Assembly (NCBI GenBank): GCA_023422955.1
Contig: JAFAGG010000004.1
Coordinates: forward strand, 17,476-81,475
DNA: 64,000 bases
Origin: Pseudomonadota bacterium
GTDB lineage: Bacteria > Pseudomonadota > Gammaproteobacteria > Burkholderiales > Burkholderiaceae_D
Reading direction: 5' to 3'
The position numbers and the translations under genes are program-made. Below are positions 47,101 to 55,768 of the stretch, piece by piece. Within the stretch, counting starts at the first letter, position 1. Each line of letters begins with the position of its first letter. The notes below the pieces were generated by a model. The model searched no databases. It worked only from the letters and a program-made list of their open reading frames with translations, and was not told the DNA's origin.

Positions 47101-47216
47101 TTCGGATACTCGCGCACCGACAATTTCTGATAACTGACCAGACCGATCAGTATGATGATCAGCGACATCACCGTCGCAAAAACCGGGCGGCGTATGCAGA
47201 TATCCGACAGACCCAT
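44142..47216 (-). CDS. RND-family efflux transporter permease (AcrB/MdtB-like)
   Basis: 1024 aa, 12 TM segments with two large periplasmic loops. N-terminus ICIRRPVFATVMSLIIILIG. Confidence 0.92.
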   Translation of the reverse strand: MGLSDICIRRPVFATVMSLIIILIGLVSYQKLSVREYPKIDEPVVTVTTDYPGASAEVVESQVTKILEDSIAGIDGIDVLSSISRSERSQITVRFRLEKDPDSGANDVRDRVSRVRSKLPESVNESVIAKTEADASPVMWLSFSSGTLSSLDITDIANRLVKPRLQMLPGAADVRINGDRQYSMRIWLDRDRLAAHQLTTADVENALRAQNVEVPAGRIESSQREFSVVSQTDLVSVAEFENIVVRQVEGYPVRMRDVARVKVAPASERSSVRFNGKPAVSLGIIRQATANPLELGAYVKAELPKINEDLASYGVEVNISNDTTVFIEESIKSVYQTIFEAVILVALMVFVFLRSVRASIIPLVTIPVSLIGAFAIMALAGFTINTLTLLALVLAIGLVVDDAIVVLENIYRHIEEGMKPVQAALKGVKEIGFAVIAMTMTLAAVFAPVAFTPGRTGRLFAEFALTLAGAVIVSGFVALTLSPMMCSVLLKHEKKHGKFYMAIENGLNGIAETYRRTLSWAMSVRWAVALLYLATIAGMLWLGMNMKRELSPIEDRGMIFTSISAPEGSSLAYTEKYARQLEDVVADIPEIDRVFVVAGNPTVERGIAFFRTTPWGERERTTIELAKELQPRLAAIPGVTAFANPPPSLGQSSRDRPVSFVVTTTASYQELEVMVSRIIAEASKNPGLTNVDSDLRLNKPQIAVTVDRDRAADAGVSVETVARTLETMLGGRNVTRFKRGSDQYDVIVQIEKEGRGSPDEINNIFVRSNDDRMIPLSSLVQVTETVAPRELNHFAQRRAAIITAGLTPDYSQGEALTFMDTTARAVLEPGFATDLSGSAREFRTASSGLTMTFLLALAFIYLVLAAQFESFVDPFIIMLTVPLSMAGALLALYLTGGTLNIYSQIGLITLIGLITKHGILIVEFANQLRDQGYAVRDAVMESCRLRLRPILMTAGTMVLGSLPLALASGAGAESRSQIGWVIVGGISLGTILTLYVVPPVYEMLARKRDSERREAVLEEAPAVH

Positions 47217-47227
47217 ACGAACTCCGC

Positions 47228-48391
47228 TTAGTTGGTGGCGACCGACTGGCTGGCCATGGAGGTGGGCGGTTCACCGCCATTCAGTATCCGCACCGGCATG
47301 CCGTCGCGGCTCAGGCGCACCTGCCCCGCCGTGACCACGATATCGCCCGCCTGCAGGCCTTCCAGCACTTCGACCTGCGCTTCGCGGCGCAGGCCGGTCT
47401 TGACCGGAGTGCGCTGGGCCTTGCCCTCGACGACTTTCCAGACCGCCATTTCCTGCCCACCGGGAACCAGCGCTTCTTCCGGCACCATCAGCGCTTCGCC
47501 GCGCTCGGCCAGCACCAGGCGCACGCGCGCGAACATGCCGGGCTTCAGGCGGGAATCGGGATTGGCGATGCGGCCGCGCAGCAGCACCGAGCGTCCGCTG
47601 CTTTCCACCTGCGGATCGATGGCATCGACACGCGCCTTGAACGTTTCCTTGGGATAGGCATCGACCGACAGCTCCAGCCCCTGGCCTTTCTTCACCTGCC
47701 CGATGAAACGCTCGGGGATGCGGAAGTCGACCTTGACCTGGGAAATATCCTGCAGATGGGCGATATCCACGCCATCCTTCACATAATCGCCGACGCTGAC
47801 ATTGGCAATGCCCATGATGCCGGCAAAGGGCGCGCGGATTTCCAGCTTGTCCAGGCGTGCCTGCACCAGCGCCAGCTTGGCTTCGAGCACCTGCACCGTC
47901 GCCGCCGATTCTTCGCGCACGCGCTCGGCGATGAAACGCTGCTGCGCCAGTTCGGTATTGCGTTGCAGATTGGCCCTGGCGATGCGCAGCTCGGCTTCGA
48001 CCTGCTGCACTTCGGCGCGCGCCACGGCGGAATCGAAGGCCAGCAGCAACTGGCCCTTGCTGACGCGCTGACCATCGCTGAAATTGATGCGGGTAATGCG
48101 GCCTGCGACTTCGGGGCGCAGCATCACGGCGTCGTTGGATTGCAGCGTGCCGGTTGCGCGCAGATCGTCCTGCAGGTTCATGATACTGACTCGCGCCACT
48201 TCAACCGCTACCGCGCTGCCGCCGCTGGCAGGAGCGCTGGCGGATTTGGGGTTCGCTGCGCCCTGTGCAAGCGTTATTTCGGCAGGCTGACTGGATGAAC
48301 CGGGCCGCTGCGCGTACCAGGCAAAGGCACTTAATGCGGCGATTCCCAGTGCGGCGACACCGGCATATAACGTTTTTCTGGGTTTGTTCAT
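47228..48391 (-). CDS. RND efflux periplasmic adaptor (membrane fusion protein)
   Basis: 387 aa with a signal/anchor, coiled-coil hairpin and lipoyl/beta-barrel pattern. It lies directly upstream of the RND permease. Confidence 0.88.
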   Translation of the reverse strand: MNKPRKTLYAGVAALGIAALSAFAWYAQRPGSSSQPAEITLAQGAANPKSASAPASGGSAVAVEVARVSIMNLQDDLRATGTLQSNDAVMLRPEVAGRITRINFSDGQRVSKGQLLLAFDSAVARAEVQQVEAELRIARANLQRNTELAQQRFIAERVREESAATVQVLEAKLALVQARLDKLEIRAPFAGIMGIANVSVGDYVKDGVDIAHLQDISQVKVDFRIPERFIGQVKKGQGLELSVDAYPKETFKARVDAIDPQVESSGRSVLLRGRIANPDSRLKPGMFARVRLVLAERGEALMVPEEALVPGGQEMAVWKVVEGKAQRTPVKTGLRREAQVEVLEGLQAGDIVVTAGQVRLSRDGMPVRILNGGEPPTSMASQSVATN

Positions 48392-48449
48392 CGTGGGCGG
48401 CGGATGGGCAGGAGAAAATCAAGCGTTATATTACCCCAGCCGCCCCCGC

Positions 48450-48905
48450 TCAGGAGGCGGCTTTATGCTGCCGCTGGCTGATTTCTATGCCGCGGTTGGC
48501 CAGCGCATCGGCTCTTTCATTGCCGACGTGGCCGGCATGGCCCTTGACCCAGCGCCATTCGATCTTGTGGTTCGCCTGCGCAGCGTCGAGCGCCTGCCAC
48601 AGGTCGGCATTCTTCACCGCTGCCTTGGCCGCGGTTTTCCAGCCGCGCGCCTTCCAGCCGTGTATCCACTCGCTGATGCCTTTTTGCACATACTGGCTGT
48701 CTGTATACACGATGACTTCGCAGGGGCGCTTCAATACCGACAGCGCTTCGATGACCGCCTTCAGTTCCATGCGGTTGTTGGTGGTATCGGGTTCGCCGCC
48801 GCAAAGTTCCTTCTGATGCTCGCCCGCCACCAGCCAGGCGCCCCATCCGCCGGGGCCGGGATTGCCCTTGCAGGCGCCGTCGGTATAAATCTCAATCTTG
48901 TCCAT
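48450..48905 (-). CDS. rnhA: Ribonuclease HI
   Basis: [17 protein letters not shown]...TNNRMEL...[15 protein letters not shown]. Confidence 0.95.
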   Translation of the reverse strand: MDKIEIYTDGACKGNPGPGGWGAWLVAGEHQKELCGGEPDTTNNRMELKAVIEALSVLKRPCEVIVYTDSQYVQKGISEWIHGWKARGWKTAAKAAVKNADLWQALDAAQANHKIEWRWVKGHAGHVGNERADALANRGIEISQRQHKAAS

Positions 48906-49671
48906 TCGCTGATTTTTCTCTGTGCATGTTGGTAGCCGGCACCACCCCCGGTGCCTTGATGCTCTTGCGGGACCAGGCCGGGCCGATCAGGCGCATGCCC
49001 TTGACGCGCTTGATTGCCTGCACCACGTACACCGCGCCGAGGTAAGGCCACCAGCGATCGCCGCTTTTTTCCATGAAGGCGAAACGGTTCAGCCACTTGT
49101 CGGTATTGCAGGGCGGCGCGTAGCAGCCGAAATAGCCGCGGTTGGCCTGCATGTTCAACAACTTGAGCCAGTCCTTCAGGCGCGGCACGCTGATGAATTC
49201 GCTATCCTGCGGCATGAAGTGATTGCCTGTCAGCCGTCCCAGGCTTTGCCGTATTCCCCACAGGCTGGCGGGATTGAAGCCGCAGATGATGAGCTGCCCT
49301 TCCGGTATCAGCACGCGCTCGACTTCGCGCAGGATCTGGTGCGGCTCGCTGGCAAATTCCAGCACATGCGGCAGCACCACCAGGTCCAGGCTCTGGGTCG
49401 CAAAGGGCAAATCCGTGTAATCGTGGGCCATCACGACCGGCGCGGCGCTTTCCTGCGGCACCAGGGTATCGGTCAGCCACTTGTTAGGCATGCGGCTGCC
49501 TTCCAGCGCATTGATTTGCGGCAGTCCGATTTGCACGGCGTTAAATCCGAAGATATCGGCAGTCAACGCATTAAGCCGCATCTGCTCCCAGGCACGCATA
49601 TAGCTTCCGGCCGGACTGTCAAGCCAGGACCCCAGGGCTATAATTGGTTTTTCTGACGATGAAGGATGCAT
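48892..49671 (-). CDS. Class I SAM-dependent methyltransferase (YafS-like)
   Basis: Position between rnhA and divergent gloB, as for E. coli yafS. Methyltransferase-fold motifs [11 protein letters not shown] are present. Start uncertain. Confidence 0.7.
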   Translation of the reverse strand: MHPSSSEKPIIALGSWLDSPAGSYMRAWEQMRLNALTADIFGFNAVQIGLPQINALEGSRMPNKWLTDTLVPQESAAPVVMAHDYTDLPFATQSLDLVVLPHVLEFASEPHQILREVERVLIPEGQLIICGFNPASLWGIRQSLGRLTGNHFMPQDSEFISVPRLKDWLKLLNMQANRGYFGCYAPPCNTDKWLNRFAFMEKSGDRWWPYLGAVYVVQAIKRVKGMRLIGPAWSRKSIKAPGVVPATNMHREKSANGQD

Positions 49672-49674
49672 GCA

Positions 49675-50463
49675 ATGATGGCAAATAAGCGTGTGAGTGT
49701 ACTGACGGTCCCGGCCTTTGCCGATAATTATTTATGGCTGATACACAACGGCACACAAGCAGCGGTGGTGGACCCGGGTGATGCAGGTCCCATTCTGGCA
49801 GCCCTGAAAGAACATGGCTTGTCGCTGGTCGCTATTTTACTGACACATCACCATGCTGACCATGCCGGTGGCGTTCCGGCGTTGCTGGAGCGCTTTTCCG
49901 TGCCCGTCTACGGTCCCACCCGGGATTCCATTCCGACCGTGACCACGCCGCTGAAGGAAGGCGATCAGGTCACGCTGCCGGAACTGGGACTGAACCTTGC
50001 CGTGCTGGATGTGCCGGGCCATACCAAGGGACACATCGCCTATGTAGAAAAGGAACAAGGCTGGCTGTTCTGCGGCGATACGCTGTTCGCCGCCGGTTGC
50101 GGCCGCCTGTTCGAAGGCACGCCCGCGCAGATGACCAACTCGCTGGCCAAGCTGGCCGCGCTGCCGGATGAGACGGCCGTGTATTGCGCGCATGAATATA
50201 CCTTGTCCAATCTGCGCTTTGCGCTGGAAGTCGAACCAGAAAATCCTGCCATAGCCGAGCGTTACCGCACCGAACAGGCCAAGCGCGACCAGCATATACC
50301 CACGGTTCCCTCCTCCATAGCCCTGGAAAAGCTGACCAATCCCTTCCTGCGCTACGCGCAAACCCAGATCATGCGGCGCCTGCATGAGGCGGGCAAATTG
50401 AACACGCCCGATCCGGTGGAGTCTTTTGCGGCCTTGCGGGAATGGAAAAACAATTTCCGTTAA
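49675..50463 (+). CDS. gloB: Hydroxyacylglutathione hydrolase (glyoxalase II)
   Basis: Metallo-beta-lactamase motif THHHADH and FADNYLWLI. The ORF opens at 49666, and the start was chosen to avoid a divergent overlap. Confidence 0.9.
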   Translation: MMANKRVSVLTVPAFADNYLWLIHNGTQAAVVDPGDAGPILAALKEHGLSLVAILLTHHHADHAGGVPALLERFSVPVYGPTRDSIPTVTTPLKEGDQVTLPELGLNLAVLDVPGHTKGHIAYVEKEQGWLFCGDTLFAAGCGRLFEGTPAQMTNSLAKLAALPDETAVYCAHEYTLSNLRFALEVEPENPAIAERYRTEQAKRDQHIPTVPSSIALEKLTNPFLRYAQTQIMRRLHEAGKLNTPDPVESFAALREWKNNFR

Positions 50464-50478
50464 GCCAAGTTGACTACC

Positions 50479-50516
50479 TATCAGGTGCTTGTTGAGTACT
50501 TAACAAGTGCCTGATA
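50479..50516 (+). terminator. Imperfect 15-bp-arm hairpin after gloB (possible terminator)
   Basis: TATCAGGTGCTTGTT-8 nt-AACAAGTGCCTGATA with 2 mismatches and no clear T-run. Confidence 0.4.
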
Positions 50517-50665
50517 ATCAACGAGTAGTTTCTTGGAAGTTAGCAGGCTGTGAAGCATCAAAAGAAATGCAAATTTGGTTGACGCGTTGAAAGAGCTTTA
50601 CTTACACTCGGGTCATTTCCTACTGTCATCTCCGTATTGCAAGGAGAGACGTCTCGATGTGACCT

Positions 50666-52192
50666 ATGATCCGGCCCAAGATAAACCGCCTGGCTTTTGC
50701 CGCACTGCTAACTTTCAGTCTTCCTGCGGCCGTTCACGCAATAGACATCACTCTCTACGCCGGCCCCATCCTGGCGGCTGATGCTTACAGCGCAAGCCGG
50801 CAAGGTACGGCATCCGAGCTGGCGGCCTTCCCGCAATTGATGGATGAAATGCCGTCGGATTTATGGGAGCGCATGCGTGATGGGTTCCAGATGGCGGATC
50901 TTGACAATGCGATCACGGAAAGCCGGACCAAATGGTACAGCGCCCAGCCTGAATATTTCGAACGCACGCTGAACCGCGCTTCGCGTTATCTCTACCACGT
51001 GGTGGAGGAACTGGAAAAACGCAACATGCCCACCGAACTGGCGCTGCTGCCGTTCGTGGAATCGTCCTTCGATCCGCTGGCAGTATCGAGCGCCAAGGCT
51101 GCCGGCATGTGGCAGTTCATTCCCTCCACCGGCAAGTACTTCAACCTGAAGCAGAATGTGTTCCGCGACGAGCGGCGCGACATCCTGGCTTCCACCGATG
51201 CCGCCCTGACTTATCTGCAAAGACTGCATGGCATGTTCGGCGACTGGCACCTGGCGCTGGCGGCCTACAACTGGGGCGAAGGCTCGGTACAGCGTGCGAT
51301 GAACAAGGCGCGTGCGCAGAAAGTGGGCACCGACTTCAACAGCCTGTCGCGCTTCATGCCCAAGGAAACGCGGGAATACGTGCCCAAGCTGCTGGCGGTC
51401 AAGAACATCATCCTGGCGCCGGAACGTTATGCAGTGACCCTGCCGCCGATGGAGAACCAGCCCTACTTCGTGACGGTCACCAAGCTGCGCGATATCGACG
51501 TAGAGCTGGCTGCGCGGCTGGCCGAACTTCCGATGGATGAATTCCGCGCGCTGAACCCACAGTTCAATCGCCCGGTCATCACCGGCGGCCCAAACACCTA
51601 CATCCTGCTGCCGCAGGCCAATGCGGAGAAATTCGCTGCCAATGTCGAACAATGGGAACGCGACCTGTCGAGCTGGTCGGTCTACAAGGTCAAGGATTCG
51701 TCGGAAAAGATAGAAGCCATCGCCGCCCGTTTCAAGACCACGCCGGCCACCATACGCGAAGTAAATAACTTGCCCGCCAATGTGCGCGTGATGGCGGGCT
51801 CCACTCTGCTGGTTCCCAAGGTGGACAGCATCGCCAGCCGCGGCATCACGCGCGAAGTGGCGGACAGTGCCGTGCTTCGCTACGAACCCCTGTTCCCCGC
51901 CGGCCAGCGCAAGCTGATCAGGATCGGCAAGAAAGATACGCTATACGGGATTGCCAGGCGCCACAATGTGACGGTTGCGCAGATCAAGAAATGGAACAAG
52001 CTGAAGCGCGACCTCGTGGTCGTGGGCCAGACGCTGGAAGTGTTCGTGCAGCCGCGTGCCACGGCCAAGGCTCGTCCCCGCTCGACGCAGGCCCTGAAGA
52101 AGACCAGCCAGCCGGCAAGAGCGACGAAAGCCAAAGCCACACCTGCCAAGGCCAGGAACAATGGCAAGGTGATTACCGTCAGCACCAAATAA
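50666..52192 (+). CDS. MltD-like lytic murein transglycosylase with C-terminal LysM repeats
   Basis: Signal peptide, SLT catalytic region ESSFDPLAVSSAKAAGMWQFIPSTG, LysM-like repeats and a basic tail. Confidence 0.88.
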   Translation: MIRPKINRLAFAALLTFSLPAAVHAIDITLYAGPILAADAYSASRQGTASELAAFPQLMDEMPSDLWERMRDGFQMADLDNAITESRTKWYSAQPEYFERTLNRASRYLYHVVEELEKRNMPTELALLPFVESSFDPLAVSSAKAAGMWQFIPSTGKYFNLKQNVFRDERRDILASTDAALTYLQRLHGMFGDWHLALAAYNWGEGSVQRAMNKARAQKVGTDFNSLSRFMPKETREYVPKLLAVKNIILAPERYAVTLPPMENQPYFVTVTKLRDIDVELAARLAELPMDEFRALNPQFNRPVITGGPNTYILLPQANAEKFAANVEQWERDLSSWSVYKVKDSSEKIEAIAARFKTTPATIREVNNLPANVRVMAGSTLLVPKVDSIASRGITREVADSAVLRYEPLFPAGQRKLIRIGKKDTLYGIARRHNVTVAQIKKWNKLKRDLVVVGQTLEVFVQPRATAKARPRSTQALKKTSQPARATKAKATPAKARNNGKVITVSTK

Positions 52193-52216
52193 ACGGCAGG
52201 AACAGCGGTAAAGCAG

Positions 52217-52241
52217 AAAAGGCGGGGCTCCCGCCTTTTTT
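52217..52241. terminator. Bidirectional terminator between the MltD-like gene and the LysR gene
   Basis: AAAAGGCGGG-gctc-CCGCCTTTTTT. Confidence 0.75.
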
Positions 52242-52249
52242 CATGCCCC

Positions 52250-53137
52250 TCATTCCTCCAGGCGCTGGGCCACAAAATCCACGAAGCTGCGCACCTTGGC
52301 CGACAAGTGCCGACGGCTGGGATACACCGCGTACACGCCCAATTCGGCCGATGCATAAGCGGGCAACAGCCGGATCAGCCGGCCCGCGTCGAGGTCGTCC
52401 TGCAAGAGAAAACTGGGCTGGAATATGATGCCCGCGCCCTGCAAGGCAGCCAGCCGCAGCAGATCGCCATTGTTCACGCGAACCTCGCCGGAGCAGCGCA
52501 CCGCCTGCGTGTCGCCATGCTCATCCTGCAAGCGCCATTCCTCGCTGCCCTGGGTCAGTGAGTAAGCCAGGCATTCATGCTGCGGCAGCTCCTGCGGCGT
52601 CGCCGGCCGGCCATGCCGCGCTATATAGTCCGGCGACGCGCAAACCACGCTTCGTATGCCGCCCAGCTTGCGCGCCACCAGCCCCGATTCCGGCAGCATG
52701 CCTATGCGTATCGCCATGTCGAAACCTTCCTCGACCAGATCCAGCTTGCGGTCGCCGGCATGAATGTCTAACTTCACGTCGGGATAGGCTTCGCGATAAG
52801 CCGCGAATATCGGCGCCAGCTTGTGCTGCGCATACGTCAGCGGCACCGTCATCTTCAGGGTGCCGCGCGGCCGGGCCGTCATGCCGCCGGCTTCCTGCTC
52901 GGCTTCGCTGATGTCGGCCAGTATCTGCAGGCTGCGCTCGTAAAAGAGCGTGCCGGATTCGGTCAGGCTGAGGCGGCGCGTGGTGCGATTGAGTAAACGC
53001 GTGCCCAGGTGTTCTTCCAGAGTGGAAATCTGCCTGGACACCAGCGCCTTGGAAATATCCAGCCGCTCGGCGGCAGCGGAAAAGCTGCTTTCTTCGACCA
53101 CCGTTACCAAGGCACGCATGCCGGAAACCATATCCAT
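52250..53137 (-). CDS. LysR-family transcriptional regulator
   Basis: N-terminal HTH MRALVTVVEESSFSAAAERLDISKALVSRQISTLEEHLG. The ORF opens with TTG at 53155, and ATG 53137 is preferred. Confidence 0.88.
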   Translation of the reverse strand: MDMVSGMRALVTVVEESSFSAAAERLDISKALVSRQISTLEEHLGTRLLNRTTRRLSLTESGTLFYERSLQILADISEAEQEAGGMTARPRGTLKMTVPLTYAQHKLAPIFAAYREAYPDVKLDIHAGDRKLDLVEEGFDMAIRIGMLPESGLVARKLGGIRSVVCASPDYIARHGRPATPQELPQHECLAYSLTQGSEEWRLQDEHGDTQAVRCSGEVRVNNGDLLRLAALQGAGIIFQPSFLLQDDLDAGRLIRLLPAYASAELGVYAVYPSRRHLSAKVRSFVDFVAQRLEE

Positions 53138-53294
53138 AGGCTTATTGTTCAACAATACGAAACAATGTTTTTAATAACTGCCAGTTTATCTGATCATCCA
53201 TAAACAATATAGTAGAGCCATCGATCAAATCACGGATGCGGCACTCCAAGAAATACAGCCCTAGCATCCGTGCACTCATGGAGGACTTAGAGAC

Positions 53295-54080
53295 ATGAAC
53301 CGACTGCCCACCCTTTTCATTTCGCACGGCTCGCCCATGCTGGCGCTGCAGGACAGCCCGGCCCGCCGCTTCCTGCTGGAACTGGGCAATACGCTGCCGC
53401 GCCCCAAAGCCATCGTGATGGTTTCGGCTCACTGGGAAACCCTGGGCCGCCCGGCGGTGGACTTCGCCCGCCAGCCGGAAACCATCCACGACTTCGGCGG
53501 CTTTCCGCGCGCGCTGTTTGAAATGCAGTACCCGGCACCGGGCGCGCCCGAGCTTTCCGCGCGGGTGGCCGGACTGCTGGAGCAGGCAGGCTATACGCCG
53601 GGCAAAATCCCGAATCGCGGCCTGGATCACGGCGCCTGGGTGCCGCTCACGCTGATGTATCCGCAGGCGGACATCCCCGTGCTGCAAGTGTCCATCATGC
53701 GCGGCGCCGACCCGGCCGAACACGAGCGCCTGGGCACGGCGCTGGCGGCATTGCGCGACGAAGGCATACTGGTGATCGGTTCCGGCTCGCTCACGCACAA
53801 CCTTCACGAATACCGGGGCCAGCCCATCGATTCGCCGGTGCAGGACTGGGTCAGCGAATTCGGCGACTGGATGAAGCAAAAGCTCGACGCGAATGAACAC
53901 GAAGCCATCCTGGACTACCGCCGCCTCGCACCGCACGCGGAGCGCAATCATCCGACCGAAGAGCACTTGCTGCCGCTGTTCGTGGCCATGGGCGCGGCGG
54001 GCGAACAGGCGCAGGCAAGCCGCTTGCACAGCAGCTTCGAATACGGCGTGCTGGCGATGGATATCTATGCTTTTGACTAA
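53295..54080 (+). CDS. ygiD: 4,5-DOPA dioxygenase extradiol-like class III ring-cleavage dioxygenase
   Basis: LFISHGSPM...SAHWE...IHDFGGFP...GSGSLTHNL pattern of YgiD/LigB-type enzymes. Confidence 0.85.
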   Translation: MNRLPTLFISHGSPMLALQDSPARRFLLELGNTLPRPKAIVMVSAHWETLGRPAVDFARQPETIHDFGGFPRALFEMQYPAPGAPELSARVAGLLEQAGYTPGKIPNRGLDHGAWVPLTLMYPQADIPVLQVSIMRGADPAEHERLGTALAALRDEGILVIGSGSLTHNLHEYRGQPIDSPVQDWVSEFGDWMKQKLDANEHEAILDYRRLAPHAERNHPTEEHLLPLFVAMGAAGEQAQASRLHSSFEYGVLAMDIYAFD

Positions 54081-54104
54081 CTGGAAGTTAGCTAGCATTC
54101 AAAC

Positions 54105-54146
54105 GGAAAAGGGTACGGAAGGCAGATGCTTTCCGTACCCTTTTCC
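54105..54146. terminator. Strong 16-bp-stem hairpin between convergent ygiD and an orphan gene
   Basis: GGAAAAGGGTACGGAA-10 nt-TTCCGTACCCTTTTCC. Confidence 0.7.
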
Positions 54147-54315
54147 ATCGTCATTCATTACTCATCACTCATCGATACCAGGACAAGCATTTTCGCGGCC
54201 CGGATTTTTTAAATGTCACGTGCTCCCTGTTATGAGGGAGTCCCATGAGAGTTGATGCTGATGCTGATGCTTTGAAAGCTGAGGCAGCGGTGCGCCTCCT
54301 GCTCCGCCCTCCTCC

Positions 54316-54870
54316 TTAACGCCATACCCGGCCTAGCCAGTTTTTCTTGACTTCAGGATTGAGCAGCTCCGATCTCACCATGATTCCGGTAGGCGTCTTG
54401 TAGACATGGAATCGCTTGCTGACGTCGATGGCATGATAGGCGGAGGTGCCATATTCGGTATCGACAAAAGGGCTCAGACCGAACAGCGTGAAATACGAAA
54501 TGCCTTCACCGGTCAGCTGATGCGCGATATTGGGAAGCGTGTTTTCATCGTGCACATTGATGTATCGCCCCTGCAAGCGGTCGATCGCATAACGCGACTC
54601 CATGCCCAGCAGATTGGCCCAGTACTTCATCTTCACAAAATGCGCATCCACGCGCCACTGATCGCCATACAGTACATACCCACCGCGCACCGACTCCGGC
54701 GATTCGATATACGCCCGATACTGCTGCTTGCCTGTTTCTTCAAACCTGAGAGTAAGAATGGGTGCTTCATGGGTAAAAACCTGGTAACTCCAGATAAACC
54801 CGCCCCAGGCAATGAGGTTGACCACGACCAGTACCACTATCGCTGCAAGAGGGATTTTCAGGTATCGCAT
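54316..54870 (-). CDS. Hypothetical membrane-anchored protein (no family recognised)
   Basis: 184-aa ORF with an N-terminal TM helix (IPLAAIVVLVVVNLIAWGGFIW) and non-repetitive composition in a lower-GC patch. Confidence 0.5.
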   Translation of the reverse strand: MRYLKIPLAAIVVLVVVNLIAWGGFIWSYQVFTHEAPILTLRFEETGKQQYRAYIESPESVRGGYVLYGDQWRVDAHFVKMKYWANLLGMESRYAIDRLQGRYINVHDENTLPNIAHQLTGEGISYFTLFGLSPFVDTEYGTSAYHAIDVSKRFHVYKTPTGIMVRSELLNPEVKKNWLGRVWR

Positions 54871-55000
54871 ATCGGCTCCCGGGGTTGCATGGACTTGATG
54901 TGCCTGAGCTGTTAATCAATCAGTCTGAAGCAAGAACGATACGCTCGCTTTTCCTGCCTTGAAAGACATCGAAGATACGGCATTGCAGAAGAACCTCATA

Positions 55001-55273
55001 TCAAGCCGCGCCCGACTGTGAATACACATAGGCGAGACCACCACCTTGCACGGCAAGCCAGATCCAGCCGGCGGCCGCAAGTTGAAACCGCATGCTGAGC
55101 GAGAAGTGCGACTGTGCCGACAGCCAGATGCCAATGTTTGCAATGGCAAGCGAAATAGCCAGCATTACCATGCCGCCCCGCGGATGGAGCAGACCCCACA
55201 TCGGATCGACACGCATCAGAGCAAGGTAGCCGAGCAGAACCAGTATCGAGGCGAAGAAAGCCAGTATTTTCAT
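55001..55273 (-). CDS. Hypothetical small integral membrane protein (3 predicted TM)
   Basis: 90-aa hydrophobic ORF with no family recognised. Confidence 0.4.
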   Translation of the reverse strand: MKILAFFASILVLLGYLALMRVDPMWGLLHPRGGMVMLAISLAIANIGIWLSAQSHFSLSMRFQLAAAGWIWLAVQGGGLAYVYSQSGAA

Positions 55274-55550
55274 GCGAAATTCAAGATTGCGAATAAAGCG
55301 CAGAATCCACTTGTCAGCCCTATACCTCTTTCAATCGCGATGTTTCAAGTGCTGGCGCATGGGGATTTGCTGCTGAGCTTGCGGAACACTTTTTATTTTT
55401 GCGAGCCACTTGCAGTAAGCAATTCGCTCAAGCTGCTTCCTATCCTGGATGGGCAATTTATCATGCGATCTCGCGCTATGACAGGATAGGCCATGAATTT
55501 CGGGAGCGACGCAGGTCAGTTGTTGCATCGATCACACGACTGACTGAGCC

Positions 55551-55760
55551 TTAATCCTTGCGATCCGGCGGCGCACCCTCATCGCATTTCTTGCACTTCA
55601 AGGTCTTGTCCAATACAGAAGCCCGCCCCTCTTCCGTCACCACCCAGGGCCGGTTGATCCACGGCGGATCGTGGCGGGTGTGCTGGTTGTGGCCGCAGTC
55701 GAGTTCGGCGACCCAGTGGTTTTCCTCGTCCAGGTGAAAGCCGATGATGCGTCGTTCCAT
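55551..55760 (-). CDS. DUF3565-like small zinc-ribbon-type protein
   Basis: HWVAELDCGHNQHTRHDPPWINRPWV...CKKC pattern. It starts 8 nt after the yejF stop. Confidence 0.6.
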   Translation of the reverse strand: MERRIIGFHLDEENHWVAELDCGHNQHTRHDPPWINRPWVVTEEGRASVLDKTLKCKKCDEGAPPDRKD

Positions 55761-55768
55761 CGTGTGCC

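Noticed and set aside
53144-53156. Palindrome ATTGTTcAACAAT as a LysR-box for the LysR/ygiD divergent pair.
   Set aside because: It overlaps the possible TTG start and lies immediately upstream of the preferred ATG (53137) of the LysR gene, not in the central intergenic region. It could equally be coincidental, so it is not reported as a feature.
55331-55528. 65-aa ORF in the AT-rich spacer of the lower-GC patch.
   Set aside because: It has no SD, a basic low-complexity product and no recognisable family. It is more likely non-coding DNA.
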